Of a DNA stretch of 64,000 nt, positions 36,968 through 46,665 are shown one piece after another. Origin of the DNA: Gammaproteobacteria bacterium (GTDB lineage Bacteria; Pseudomonadota; Gammaproteobacteria; GCA-001735895); contig JAUVCH010000002.1 in the NCBI GenBank assembly GCA_030595795.1, positions 7,216-71,215 on the forward strand, written 5' to 3'. Positions within the stretch are counted from its first letter, which is position 1; each line of letters opens with the position of its first letter. Below the pieces are notes generated by a model. That model was not told where the DNA came from. It saw only the letters and a list, made by a program, of their open reading frames with translations, and ran no database searches. A program made the translations under genes and the position numbers.

Positions 36968-38523
36968 GCCAGTCTAATCTTGATGCACGCGAATCGGCGC
37001 TTTCCGTACTCGATAGCTTTCAGACCACTGCGACCAGTCTGGTTAGCTATCAGTCTAACGGGCGAGCCATTGCCATCGGGGACGATGAGGCACTAGCCTG
37101 TTGTCGGCAATGGTCAGATCAATCCATTTTGACTCTGGTGTCTGCATCCGAGAAGGAGATTGTTGTGCAGGGTTATCTGGGTTCTTTTATTGTCAGGCTA
37201 ATTGACTCGAATGGTAACCCGCAAAATCTGGAAGCCGATATCGTGCTTGATCTAAATCCAGATCCGATAAATCAGAATGAAATATTGCCGCCAGGTTATC
37301 TACATACCTCGATAAACGAAGAAAATCAGCGCGAGGTCGAGGCACAGGTATTAGATCTGGTGGGTGAGTTCGAAAAGCCGAAATACTTTATCTATGATCC
37401 ATCGATTTGCGCGCACTCGGTGAATGGGGTCACTGTTTGCAGTCGGTGCATCGATGCCTGTCCAGCGGGTGCAATCCAAAGTGGCGGCAGTGAGATCGAA
37501 GTCGTGCCGTTTCTCTGTCAGGGTGGTGGAACCTGCGCCACGGTTTGTCCATCGGGAGCGATTCAGTACGCCTATCCGAATCTGTCGGATAGTGGTAATC
37601 AGATCCGCAAAATGTTGCAGGCTTACCGTGAAGCACAGGGAGAACGGGCTGCTGTACTATTTCATGGGGAAGCTTTTTCACCGCAGGCGTTAATGCGGCA
37701 ACACGATAATCTATTACCAGTCCGGGTTGAGGAGCTTGCCAGCGTAGGAGTCGAGTTATGTATGTCGGCACTCGCCTATGGTGCCTCTCAGGTGGTATTG
37801 ATGCTCGACGAAACAGTACCAGGGCTGTCTATAGAAAATCTTAAGCGGCAAGTCGACTGGATGCAGGTTTTGCTAAAAAGTATTGGCATTAATCCCCAGC
37901 AGATTAGCCTTCAGTCCGATTTGATGGCGTTGTCCATGATCGATTCCGCTATCGCTATTGATCCTGCTATACACAGCATGGCGGATGGTAAACGTAATGC
38001 TTTTTATCAGGCACTGGATCACCTGGTCACACAGTTCGGTTGTGCTGACGTGGTTGCTGACCTGCCCGCGGGTGCGCCATTTGGCACGGTGGTCATCGAC
38101 GAAAATAAATGCACGCTGTGCATGGCCTGTATTGGTGCTTGTCCGGGTCGAGCCTTGCAGGATGGTTCTAATCGGGAAGTGCCCGAAGTGTTTTTCATCG
38201 AGAATCATTGCATTCAATGCGGTGCCTGCACTCAGACTTGCCCGGAGCAGGCGATTACCCTGGCGCCTCGCCTCATATTTGATCGGGAAAGCAGAAATAA
38301 ATCGCAGGCGCTCAATCGTGATGAACCGTTTGGTTGTATCGAATGCGGGAAACCTTTCGCGCCGACTTCGGTGATTGAAAAAATGCTGACACAACTAGAA
38401 GACCATCATATGTTTAATACGCCTCGCGCGCTGGATCGACTGAAGATGTGCGAAGACTGTCGAGTGGTGGATATTGTCCAGGATCCAGAAGCGATGAAGG
38501 GTGATTTTGACGCACTTAATTAG
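36964..38523 (+). CDS. Multi-cluster 4Fe-4S ferredoxin-domain protein
   Basis: 519 aa with at least four CxxCxxCxxxCP motifs. Confidence 0.7.
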   Translation: MSQSNLDARESALSVLDSFQTTATSLVSYQSNGRAIAIGDDEALACCRQWSDQSILTLVSASEKEIVVQGYLGSFIVRLIDSNGNPQNLEADIVLDLNPDPINQNEILPPGYLHTSINEENQREVEAQVLDLVGEFEKPKYFIYDPSICAHSVNGVTVCSRCIDACPAGAIQSGGSEIEVVPFLCQGGGTCATVCPSGAIQYAYPNLSDSGNQIRKMLQAYREAQGERAAVLFHGEAFSPQALMRQHDNLLPVRVEELASVGVELCMSALAYGASQVVLMLDETVPGLSIENLKRQVDWMQVLLKSIGINPQQISLQSDLMALSMIDSAIAIDPAIHSMADGKRNAFYQALDHLVTQFGCADVVADLPAGAPFGTVVIDENKCTLCMACIGACPGRALQDGSNREVPEVFFIENHCIQCGACTQTCPEQAITLAPRLIFDRESRNKSQALNRDEPFGCIECGKPFAPTSVIEKMLTQLEDHHMFNTPRALDRLKMCEDCRVVDIVQDPEAMKGDFDALN

Positions 38524-38632
38524 TATGTAAGTTATTTATTACCCATTATGGTTATAAATAGTTATTATTCCCCTATATATTTTGGAATGCAGGTTGCTAT
38601 ATATTTTGGATAAAAACAATGAAACCGAAGAC

Positions 38633-39295
38633 ATGACATCAATCGCCACTGCCCTGCCTATAGAAAGTGGTTCTATAGAGGCAACCGACTTGCTGGGTGA
38701 GTGCCCAGATAGCGAGACTATTAGCGAGGAGCAGCGTTACCGTGCGTCCGCCTATGGTTTGCTGGCCGCGTTGCTACGTAGCTCTCCCGATCAGGTTATG
38801 CTCAGTCAATTGTGTGATCTTTGTGAAACTACCAGCGAAGGCGACGAGCTTATGCTGTCGATGTCGATGCTTGCGCTGGCGGCAAAGGTGCATAACGCTG
38901 AAGATGTTGAGGATGAATTTCATCAATTGTTTATCGGTTTGGGTAAGGGTGAAGTTGTCCCGTATGGATCGTGGTATTTGACCGGGTTTCTCATGGAGAA
39001 GCCGCTGAGCGATCTACGAGAAGATTTGGCGAGACTCGGTTTTGAGCGAAGTGACGATGTCGCCGAGCCGGAAGATCACGCCGCTGCGTTGTGCGAAGTG
39101 ATTTCGATCATGATCGGCGATGCGAGCGAGCTTTCGGAGCAGGATCAATTTTTTCAAACCCATATGGCCAACTGGCTGGATCGATTTTTTAATGACCTGG
39201 GTAATGCCGGTTCTGCCGTTTTTTATAAATCTGTTGCACGTTTTGGTGCCGCATTTATCGCATTGGAAAAACAGTATTTTTCCATGCAAGTATGA
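38633..39295 (+). CDS. TorD/DmsD-family redox enzyme maturation chaperone
   Basis: About 220 aa. EPEDHAAALCEVISIM motif typical of the TorD/NarJ family. Lies directly upstream of the Tat-dependent FDH catalytic subunit. ORF track start TTG 38582, ATG 38633 preferred. Confidence 0.6.
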   Translation: MTSIATALPIESGSIEATDLLGECPDSETISEEQRYRASAYGLLAALLRSSPDQVMLSQLCDLCETTSEGDELMLSMSMLALAAKVHNAEDVEDEFHQLFIGLGKGEVVPYGSWYLTGFLMEKPLSDLREDLARLGFERSDDVAEPEDHAAALCEVISIMIGDASELSEQDQFFQTHMANWLDRFFNDLGNAGSAVFYKSVARFGAAFIALEKQYFSMQV

Positions 39296-39338
39296 GTTGT
39301 TGATAGCAATCTAATCGACCTTTCGAGGGGAGTATCTG

Positions 39339-39545
39339 GTGAAAAAGACAAATGAGACGTTAAACAATAATAGACGGGATTTCATAAAGAAATCAGCTCT
39401 GGTTGGTGTGGGTGTCGCTGCCAGTACGGTCGCAAGTGGCGAGGCCATGGCGGCAGTGACGACTGACACTGTCGAAACCGGGAAAAATAAAGGCTATCAA
39501 CTAACACAACATGTTGCTGATTATTACAAATCAGCAGCAAGCTAA
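39339..39545 (+). CDS. Small twin-arginine signal protein ('formate dehydrogenase region TAT target' type)
   Basis: 68 aa, NNNRRDFIKKSALVGVGVAA Tat motif. GTG start after GAGGGGAG. Confidence 0.55.
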   Translation: MKKTNETLNNNRRDFIKKSALVGVGVAASTVASGEAMAAVTTDTVETGKNKGYQLTQHVADYYKSAAS

Positions 39546-39563
39546 ACGCGAGGAGATTGAAAT

Positions 39564-42443
39564 ATGAGTAAATTAACCAAAAAATCGAATCGCCCGGCCC
39601 AGGTCGCTTTGAAGAAGAGTCCAGGCGAAGCGATTAGTCGTCGTTCCTTTTTAAAGAATTCCAGTCTGATGGCCGGCGGCGCAGCATTAACTTCCACTGT
39701 TGCACCCGTCATGATGAAAAAAGTCCAGGCCGCTTCGGTAACCGGTGGCGATGCGGAGCAGATCAAAACCATATGCACGCACTGTTCGGTGGGTTGTGGC
39801 ATTATTGCCGAGGTGCAAAACGGAGTGTGGACGGGTCAGGAGCCTGCTTTCGACCACCCTTTTAACAAGGGCGCGCATTGTGCTAAAGGTGCTTCGATTC
39901 GCGAGCACGGCCACGGCGAGCGCCGTCTCAAATACCCAACTAAACTGGTTGGTGGCAAATGGAAGAGGGTTTCCTGGGAAGAAGCGATCAATGAGATTGG
40001 CGACAAGCTACTCGATATTCGTGAAAAATCCGGCCCCGATTCGGTTTACTGGCTAGGTTCGGCTAAACACAGTAATGAGCAGGCCTATCTGTTCCGTAAG
40101 ATGGCGGCGATGTGGGGAACCAATAATGTCGATCACCAGGCGCGAATCTGTCACTCCACTACGGTTGCCGGGGTAGCCAATACCTGGGGTTATGGTGCGA
40201 TGACCAATTCCTACAACGATATCCACTTCTCCAAATCGGTATTGTTGATCGGTTCTAATCCGGCCGAAGCGCATCCGGTGGCTTTACAGCATATTTTTAA
40301 AGCCAAGGAAGAAAATAATGCACCGATTATTGTTATCGACCCGCGTTACACTCGTACTGCCGCGCATGCCGATCATTACCTGAAAATCCGCCCTGGTACC
40401 GACGTACCGATCATCTGGGGCATGCTCTGGCACATATTCGAAAACGGTTGGGAAGATAAGGAATTTATCCGTCAGCGTGTTTACGGCCTTGACGATGTTA
40501 TGGCCGAAGTGAAGAACTGGACGCCCGATGAAGTTGAACGCGTCACTGACGTACCTGGACATCTGGTTAAGGCTGCGGCTAAGGCCATGGCCGACAATCG
40601 TCCCGGTACCTTTATCTGGTGCATGGGTGGTACTCAGCACACGGTCGGTAATAATAATACACGTGCTTATTGTGCCTTCCAGCTGGCACTTGGCAATATG
40701 GGTGTGTCTGGTGGTGGTGCGAATATTTTCCGTGGACACGATAACGTACAGGGCGCTACCGATCTGGGTGTATTGTCGAACACCTTGCCCGGTTATTACG
40801 GTCTGAGTTCGGGGTCATGGAAGCATTGGTCTCGGGTCTGGGATCTGGATTACGAATGGGTTAAAGGCCAGTTCGATGGCGGTAGCTATGAGCAGAGTAA
40901 AGGCAAGGATGTCCATGTCATGAACACCAAGGGTATTCCGGTTTCGCGCTGGATTGATGGTGTACTCGAAGAGAAATCAAATATCGCTCAGAAAGACAAT
41001 GTTAAGGCGATGATCCTCTGGGGCCATGCACCTAACAGTCAGACCCGTGGTGTGGAACAGAAAAAGGCGATGGAAAAGCTTGATTTAATGGTAGTCGTCG
41101 ATCCTTATCCAACCGTATCGGCAGTTATGCATGACCGTACCGACGGAGTGTATTTATTACCGGCCGCCACGCAAATGGAAACTTATGGATCGGTTACCGC
41201 TTCAAACCGTTCTTTCCAATGGCGTTCGAAGGTTATCGATCCATTGTTCGAGTCACTGCCAGACCATACCATCATGTATAAGCTCACCAGGAAGCTTGGT
41301 TTATCTGACCAGTTGTTTAAAAACATTAAGATTAATGGCGAGGAGCCGCTGGTCGAAGACGTGTTGCGAGAAATCAATAGTGGTATGTGGACTATCGGTT
41401 ACACAGGACAAAGTCCTGAGCGGCTGAAGAAGCATCAGGAAAACTGGGGTACCTTCGATTACGATACATTACAGGCTGAGGGCGGCCCTGCTGATGGTGA
41501 TTACTACGGGTTACCATGGCCATCCTGGGGAACACCGGAGATGAACCATCCGGGCACGCCGAATCTGTATGATACCTCTAAGTCAGTCGCTGAGGGTGGT
41601 TTGACCTTCCGTGCTCGATTCGGTGTAGAACGCGATGGCGTTAATTTGCTGGCCGAAGGTTCTTACGGTAAGGACTCGGAAATCAAAGATGGTTACCCGG
41701 AATTCAGTGATAAGATGCTGAAAAAACTGGGTTGGTGGGATGACCTGACCGCTGAAGAAAAAGCAGCAGCAGAAGGCAGAAACTGGAAAACCGATCTCTC
41801 CGGTGGCATACAACGTGTTGCGATTAAACACGGTTGTTCGCCATTTGGTAATGCCAAGGCGCGAGCGATGGTCTGGACCTTCCCGGATCCGGTACCGATT
41901 CATCGAGAGCCGCTTTATACCTCGCGGCGCGATCTGGTGGACAAGTATCCGACTTATGAAGATCGAAAATCATTCTGGAGACTGCCAACTCGGTATAAGT
42001 CTATCCAGGAGCAGGATTTCTCCAAAGACTATCCTCTTATTCTAACTTCCGGGCGACTGGTCGAGTACGAGGGTGGTGGTGATGAGACTCGCTCTAATGC
42101 CTGGCTTGCCGAGTTACAGCAGGACATGTTTGTCGAAATCCATCCGCGCGATGCCAACAACGCGGGTATTAAAGACGGCGACGACGTTTGGGTCGAAGGT
42201 GCTGAATCCGCAAAGGTTAAAGTTAAGGCACAGGTTACTCGAAGGGTCGGTTCCGGCGTGGCATTTATGCCATTCCACTTCGCTGGTCATATGCAGGGTG
42301 AAGACAGGAGCTCTAAATATCCAGAGGGTGCCGCACCGTATGTTTCGGGTGAAGCAGCCAATACTGCGATGACCTACGGTTACGACTCAGTGACACAAAT
42401 GCAAGAATCAAAATGCAGCTTGTGCCGCATTACCAAAGCTTAA
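39564..42443 (+). CDS. Formate dehydrogenase catalytic (alpha) subunit, molybdopterin, Tat-exported, Cys-type (FdnG/FdoG-like)
   Basis: 959 aa. Tat signal SRRSFLKNSSLMAGGAAL, N-terminal [4Fe-4S] motif CTHCSVGCGI. Active-site region HQARICHSTTVAG with Cys (TGT at 40150-40152) where E. coli FdnG has Sec. Confidence 0.9.
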   Translation: MSKLTKKSNRPAQVALKKSPGEAISRRSFLKNSSLMAGGAALTSTVAPVMMKKVQAASVTGGDAEQIKTICTHCSVGCGIIAEVQNGVWTGQEPAFDHPFNKGAHCAKGASIREHGHGERRLKYPTKLVGGKWKRVSWEEAINEIGDKLLDIREKSGPDSVYWLGSAKHSNEQAYLFRKMAAMWGTNNVDHQARICHSTTVAGVANTWGYGAMTNSYNDIHFSKSVLLIGSNPAEAHPVALQHIFKAKEENNAPIIVIDPRYTRTAAHADHYLKIRPGTDVPIIWGMLWHIFENGWEDKEFIRQRVYGLDDVMAEVKNWTPDEVERVTDVPGHLVKAAAKAMADNRPGTFIWCMGGTQHTVGNNNTRAYCAFQLALGNMGVSGGGANIFRGHDNVQGATDLGVLSNTLPGYYGLSSGSWKHWSRVWDLDYEWVKGQFDGGSYEQSKGKDVHVMNTKGIPVSRWIDGVLEEKSNIAQKDNVKAMILWGHAPNSQTRGVEQKKAMEKLDLMVVVDPYPTVSAVMHDRTDGVYLLPAATQMETYGSVTASNRSFQWRSKVIDPLFESLPDHTIMYKLTRKLGLSDQLFKNIKINGEEPLVEDVLREINSGMWTIGYTGQSPERLKKHQENWGTFDYDTLQAEGGPADGDYYGLPWPSWGTPEMNHPGTPNLYDTSKSVAEGGLTFRARFGVERDGVNLLAEGSYGKDSEIKDGYPEFSDKMLKKLGWWDDLTAEEKAAAEGRNWKTDLSGGIQRVAIKHGCSPFGNAKARAMVWTFPDPVPIHREPLYTSRRDLVDKYPTYEDRKSFWRLPTRYKSIQEQDFSKDYPLILTSGRLVEYEGGGDETRSNAWLAELQQDMFVEIHPRDANNAGIKDGDDVWVEGAESAKVKVKAQVTRRVGSGVAFMPFHFAGHMQGEDRSSKYPEGAAPYVSGEAANTAMTYGYDSVTQMQESKCSLCRITKA

Positions 42444-42461
42444 CTAGCGAGGAACTATAAA

Positions 42462-43055
42462 ATGGCTAGAATGAAATTTTATTGCGATGCGGAACGCTGT
42501 ATTGAGTGTAATGCCTGTGTCACCGCCTGTAAGAATGAGCACGAAATCCCCTGGGGTGTTAATCGTCGCCGTGTGGTAACGATTAAAGATGGTCAGCAGG
42601 GTGAGCGATCACTCTCGGTGGCCTGTATGCATTGTTCCGATGCACCCTGTGCGGCTGTTTGCCCTGTCGATTGTTTTTACACGACGGACGATGGTGTGGT
42701 TTTGCACGACAAGGATATCTGTATCGGTTGTGGCTACTGTTTTTACGCCTGTCCTTTTGGCGCACCACAGTTCCCCGAAAATGCTGCATTTTCGTCGCGT
42801 GGCAAAATGGATAAGTGTACTTTCTGTGCTGGTGGCCCAGAAGATGACCATAGTTCCGACGAGTACAAGAAATACGGTCGCAACCGTCTTGCCGAAGGTA
42901 AGTTGCCGCTTTGTGCTGAAATGTGTTCGACTAAGGCGCTACTGGCTGGTGATGCCAATATGCTGTCCGATATCTATCGGAAACGCATTATCAACCGTGG
43001 AGCCAGCGTACTCAATTGGGGTGTCAACTATGACAAGGTCAAGTTGAATACCTAA
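42462..43055 (+). CDS. Formate dehydrogenase iron-sulfur (beta) subunit
   Basis: 197 aa with four Cys clusters (CIECNACVTAC, CMHCSDAPCAAVCP, CIGCGYCFYACP, CTFCAGG...CAEMC). No C-terminal TM helix. Confidence 0.85.
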   Translation: MARMKFYCDAERCIECNACVTACKNEHEIPWGVNRRRVVTIKDGQQGERSLSVACMHCSDAPCAAVCPVDCFYTTDDGVVLHDKDICIGCGYCFYACPFGAPQFPENAAFSSRGKMDKCTFCAGGPEDDHSSDEYKKYGRNRLAEGKLPLCAEMCSTKALLAGDANMLSDIYRKRIINRGASVLNWGVNYDKVKLNT

Positions 43056-43156
43056 AGGGTAATCAATAATAAAATAGTTTGGCCGGGTTTTGATAATAAA
43101 AGATATCAGAACTCGGCTTGATTTTTGGCTAAGAGACAATAACGAGAGGTTGTCGC

Positions 43157-44245
43157 ATGCTTAAACAGAATATGGTCAGCCCTGTGGGAGATATCTTGAA
43201 ATTTTTATCGATATTGATGCTGCTGGTTATCACCGTCATTTCACAGCCGACATTTGCTGCTGTAGAAGGTGAACCCGAAGGTGTCATCATGAAGAATCCC
43301 GGTGCGGATTTATGGCGTGAGGTTCGGCAAAGAAATATAGCCATAGAAGGCATTAGCCAGATCAAGAGTGTCGATAGCGGAATTTTGATTAACCCAGAAG
43401 CTGACCGTTGGACCAGATTTCGAGTTGACCAGTTAGTAAACTATGCTGCAATCATATTGGCTGGATTGGCGCTATTGCTGCTAGTATTCTATTTGTTGCG
43501 CGGAAAAATAAAAGTTGAGGGTGGGCTGTCGAGACAGATGTTGCACCGATTTAGTGACTACGAGAGAGTATTACACTGGACCCTGGCGATTGTCTTCCTC
43601 TTTCTAGCTATAACGGGATTAACCCTGTTGTTAGGAAGAACTTTCCTGATCCCCCTGTTTGGACAGGAATTTTTCTCCTTACTGGCTTCGTCGAGTAAAG
43701 AAGGTCATAACTTATTCGGGCCAATTTTCTTTGCATCCCTGATAATGATGATACTTCGATTTGTGAAAAGGAATATTTATGAAAAAGGAGACCTTACCTG
43801 GCTGGTAAAAGGAGGTGGGATTATCGGCAAGTCTCATGTTTCTGGTGGATTTTTTAACATGGGTGAGAAGACCTGGTACTGGATAGTTATACTGATCGGG
43901 CTGCTTATTTCCGTCAGTGGGTTGATTCTGGTTTCCCCTAACTTTGGTCAGGGGCGAGTGATCATGGAGTTGTCACACATCGTGCATGTGATTAGTGCAA
44001 TTATTCTGATCGCGGTTTCTTTCGGACATATGTATTTGGGTTCGGTGGGTACAGAGGGCGCCCTTGAAAGCATGAAAACTGGCTACGTTGATGTTAATTG
44101 GGCAGAGTCACATCATGACCGCTGGGCAAAGGAGTGCCGCGACAATAATAGAGTGATCTCGGCCGATAAATTTAACAGGTTGCAGGGTAAGATTAACAGT
44201 GGAACGGAAGAGTCCGGCTCGGTAGCAGTGGAGGGTAATAAATAA
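43157..44245 (+). CDS. Formate dehydrogenase cytochrome b (gamma) subunit with N-terminal periplasmic extension
   Basis: 362 aa. Signal peptide plus about 90-aa extension, then a 4-TM b-type cytochrome core with conserved His (RVLHWTLA..., HIVHVISAIIL...GHMYLG). Confidence 0.8.
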   Translation: MLKQNMVSPVGDILKFLSILMLLVITVISQPTFAAVEGEPEGVIMKNPGADLWREVRQRNIAIEGISQIKSVDSGILINPEADRWTRFRVDQLVNYAAIILAGLALLLLVFYLLRGKIKVEGGLSRQMLHRFSDYERVLHWTLAIVFLFLAITGLTLLLGRTFLIPLFGQEFFSLLASSSKEGHNLFGPIFFASLIMMILRFVKRNIYEKGDLTWLVKGGGIIGKSHVSGGFFNMGEKTWYWIVILIGLLISVSGLILVSPNFGQGRVIMELSHIVHVISAIILIAVSFGHMYLGSVGTEGALESMKTGYVDVNWAESHHDRWAKECRDNNRVISADKFNRLQGKINSGTEESGSVAVEGNK

Positions 44246-44883
44246 TGGCAACTTTCATTGATGGGTTCTTGTGGTATTTTGCGCTGGCTGTTTTTGTAAT
44301 TGGGGTAAGCGGAAACCTGGTCACGATCATTCTGGCCAGTCGGAAAGTAGATTTATCGGTACCGCGCGATTCAGCTTTTTCGGGCGCCTTAAGAACCTTA
44401 TTTTCTCGCTTCCTGCCAGATCAACATATGTTGTCTCGCATCGGTATACAGGTTGTGGCGGGTTATATGTTTCATCTGGGATTATTCATCTTATTGTTTT
44501 TCGCCGCGCCGCATGTTGCTTTTCTCGAAGAAAATATTCTTGGGTTTGGCTGGACAGCGGCACCTCACTGGCTCTTTATAGTAGCGTCCCAATTTGCCTT
44601 TCTCGGCATAATCATGCTGTGGCTGTATCGTATGACGAATTCGGTATCACGGTTAATTTCAAAACTGGACGATCATGTTGCAACCATATTGACATTTCTA
44701 GTGATGCTTAGCGGTTGCCTGGCATTGCTGGAGTCGTTCGAAACATTGCGCCTACTACACCGGTTTCTAGTTGAGTTACTGTTAATTTATTTCCCCTTTA
44801 GCCGTTTAATGCATGCATTTACTTTTGTTCCTAGTCGGCTTTTCACCGGTGCATGGTTTGGCCGAAGAGGTGTTGATTCATGA
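44245..44883 (+). CDS. NarI-fold membrane cytochrome b (DsrM/HdrE/HmeC-like)
   Basis: 212 aa, 5 TM helices, His in TM2 (MFHLG, PHVAF) and the C-terminal PFSRLMHAF motif matching the NarI-family PF(T/S)RLVH heme-ligand motif. Start overlaps the stop of fdh-gamma (ATAATGG). Confidence 0.6.
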   Translation: MATFIDGFLWYFALAVFVIGVSGNLVTIILASRKVDLSVPRDSAFSGALRTLFSRFLPDQHMLSRIGIQVVAGYMFHLGLFILLFFAAPHVAFLEENILGFGWTAAPHWLFIVASQFAFLGIIMLWLYRMTNSVSRLISKLDDHVATILTFLVMLSGCLALLESFETLRLLHRFLVELLLIYFPFSRLMHAFTFVPSRLFTGAWFGRRGVDS

Positions 44884-44899
44884 TAACCGGAGGTCAACT

Positions 44900-46168
44900 A
44901 TGAGTGAGAGACTGGAACGAGGCCTTAGTAAGCTAAGGTCTCAAATTGATCCAAAGGTTAAATCGTTTTTCTCGAGCTGTGTGCACTGTGGAATTTGTGC
45001 AGAATCCTGTTTGTTTTTTACTGAAACCCGTGATCCTCGCTATACACCTATTTATAAAACCGAGCCATTGCGTAAGGTCTGGCAACAGGAATATACGTTC
45101 TGGGGAAAGTTAGCCAGTAAGTTGGGGATAGCAGCGCCGATAGCAGAGCAGGATTTAGCCGACTGGGAGGAACTGGTTTACGATGGTTGCTCGATGTGCG
45201 GTCGCTGTAGCATGGTTTGCCCAATGGGTATAGATATTGCGCAGATTATCTTCAAGGTCAAAACTGGTCTGTCGGCGGCAGGATTCTCGCCACCAGATCT
45301 TGCCGAAACCACTCAACGTGCAGTCGATATTGGTAGCCCGATGGGTGTGAAGCTCCCCGCATTGCAAGCTCAAATAGGCCATATCGAAGAAGAAATAAAT
45401 TTAAAAATCCCGGTCGATGTCGAAGGGTCAGAGTATATGGCGCTGCTGTCGTCGATGGAAATTATGTATTTCCCGGAGTATATTTCGGCCCTTGCAAAAA
45501 TATTCCATCAGGCTGGCGTTAGCTGGACACTTTGCTCCGATGCGTTTGAGGCAACAAACTCCGGTCTGCAAATTGGTAATACCGAGGTAGCCGGGGTTTT
45601 GGTCGAAAGGATTGTTGCCGGTGCCGAGAAGCTGAAGGTGAAAAACGTGATTAGCCCGGAATGCGGTCACGCTTATACAGCGATTCGATGGGAGGGGCCT
45701 AATTTCATCGGCAGACCTTATTCCTTTAAAGTCGTGCATATCCTGGAACTACTCGACGAACTACTCCAGTCAGGCCGTCTGAAAACAACGGGTAAGGAAT
45801 CTTCTCGACTCACTTTTCACGATCCGTGTTCTATCGTGCGTAGGGGTGGGGTTGAGACGCAACCACGTCATATATTAAATGCTATAGCAGAAAATGCGGT
45901 TGAAATGACCGAGCACGGTGCTATGAACTGGTGCTGTGGCGGTGGTGGTGGCGTCAGTGGCAATGAAAGAGCAGAGCCGCTAAAACTAAAAGTCTTTAAC
46001 CGAAAAAAATCACAGCTCGAGGAGCTTGATGTTGAAACTATTGTAACTTCCTGTTCCAATTGCCGATTGGTCATCGAAGATGGTCTGGAAGCAAATGATA
46101 TGGAAATTAATATAGTCGGTTTAACCGAAATGCTTGCTGACCACCTGGTTGTAGATAATTCTCAATAG
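44900..46168 (+). CDS. CCG-domain iron-sulfur oxidoreductase (HdrD/DsrK/GlpC-like)
   Basis: About 420 aa. Two ferredoxin-like motifs (CVHCGICAESC, CSMCGRCSMVCP) followed by Cys-rich CCG-type regions (HDPCS..., NWCCGGGGG, TSCSNCR). ATG 44900 after GGAGG; ORF track start 44813 overlaps the upstream gene. Confidence 0.7.
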   Translation: MSERLERGLSKLRSQIDPKVKSFFSSCVHCGICAESCLFFTETRDPRYTPIYKTEPLRKVWQQEYTFWGKLASKLGIAAPIAEQDLADWEELVYDGCSMCGRCSMVCPMGIDIAQIIFKVKTGLSAAGFSPPDLAETTQRAVDIGSPMGVKLPALQAQIGHIEEEINLKIPVDVEGSEYMALLSSMEIMYFPEYISALAKIFHQAGVSWTLCSDAFEATNSGLQIGNTEVAGVLVERIVAGAEKLKVKNVISPECGHAYTAIRWEGPNFIGRPYSFKVVHILELLDELLQSGRLKTTGKESSRLTFHDPCSIVRRGGVETQPRHILNAIAENAVEMTEHGAMNWCCGGGGGVSGNERAEPLKLKVFNRKKSQLEELDVETIVTSCSNCRLVIEDGLEANDMEINIVGLTEMLADHLVVDNSQ

Positions 46169-46184
46169 GTTCAGATTATAGTAT

Positions 46185-46496
46185 ATGAATGATCAGGAAA
46201 TGGGTGACGAAGAGCTAGATGTACAATACCGTGCGATGATCGACCAGTTTATCGATCAATCCAATCAATTTGCTGAAACTAATAGCCCGGAGAATGTCGG
46301 TATGGCGCTCTTATTTGCGGCTTCTCGGTTTAATGCTTTTGTGGTTTCGCAGCACGCGGAATCATTAGCAGATTATGAAAAAGACCTTGGTAAAGCGAAG
46401 TCGTTTTTCTCGACACAATACGGGGAAATGCTCGACGAAAATCTGGATGATTACAAAAAAACATACGATAAGTATCACCAGTTTATGAAACAGTAG
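46185..46496 (+). CDS. Small acidic cytoplasmic protein (DUF3144-like)
   Basis: 103-aa ORF 17 nt downstream of the HdrD-like gene. Family assignment from memory is weak. Confidence 0.4.
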   Translation: MNDQEMGDEELDVQYRAMIDQFIDQSNQFAETNSPENVGMALLFAASRFNAFVVSQHAESLADYEKDLGKAKSFFSTQYGEMLDENLDDYKKTYDKYHQFMKQ

Positions 46497-46665
46497 GCCA
46501 GATTTCCCTGATTTTCCGTGGACATGCTACTACGAGAAATATCTACATAGGGTAATTGGGAACTATTTAGCTTAAAAAACAGCAATTTCAGGCTACAATA
46601 TATAGTGATATATAATGTTAATAGGAATTGCGTACTAGCGATATAGGATCTCAAGGCTCAAAGTT

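Noticed and set aside
40141-40160. Selenocysteine (TGA) in the formate dehydrogenase catalytic subunit.
   Set aside because: The codon at the conserved position is TGT (Cys) and the reading frame is uninterrupted.
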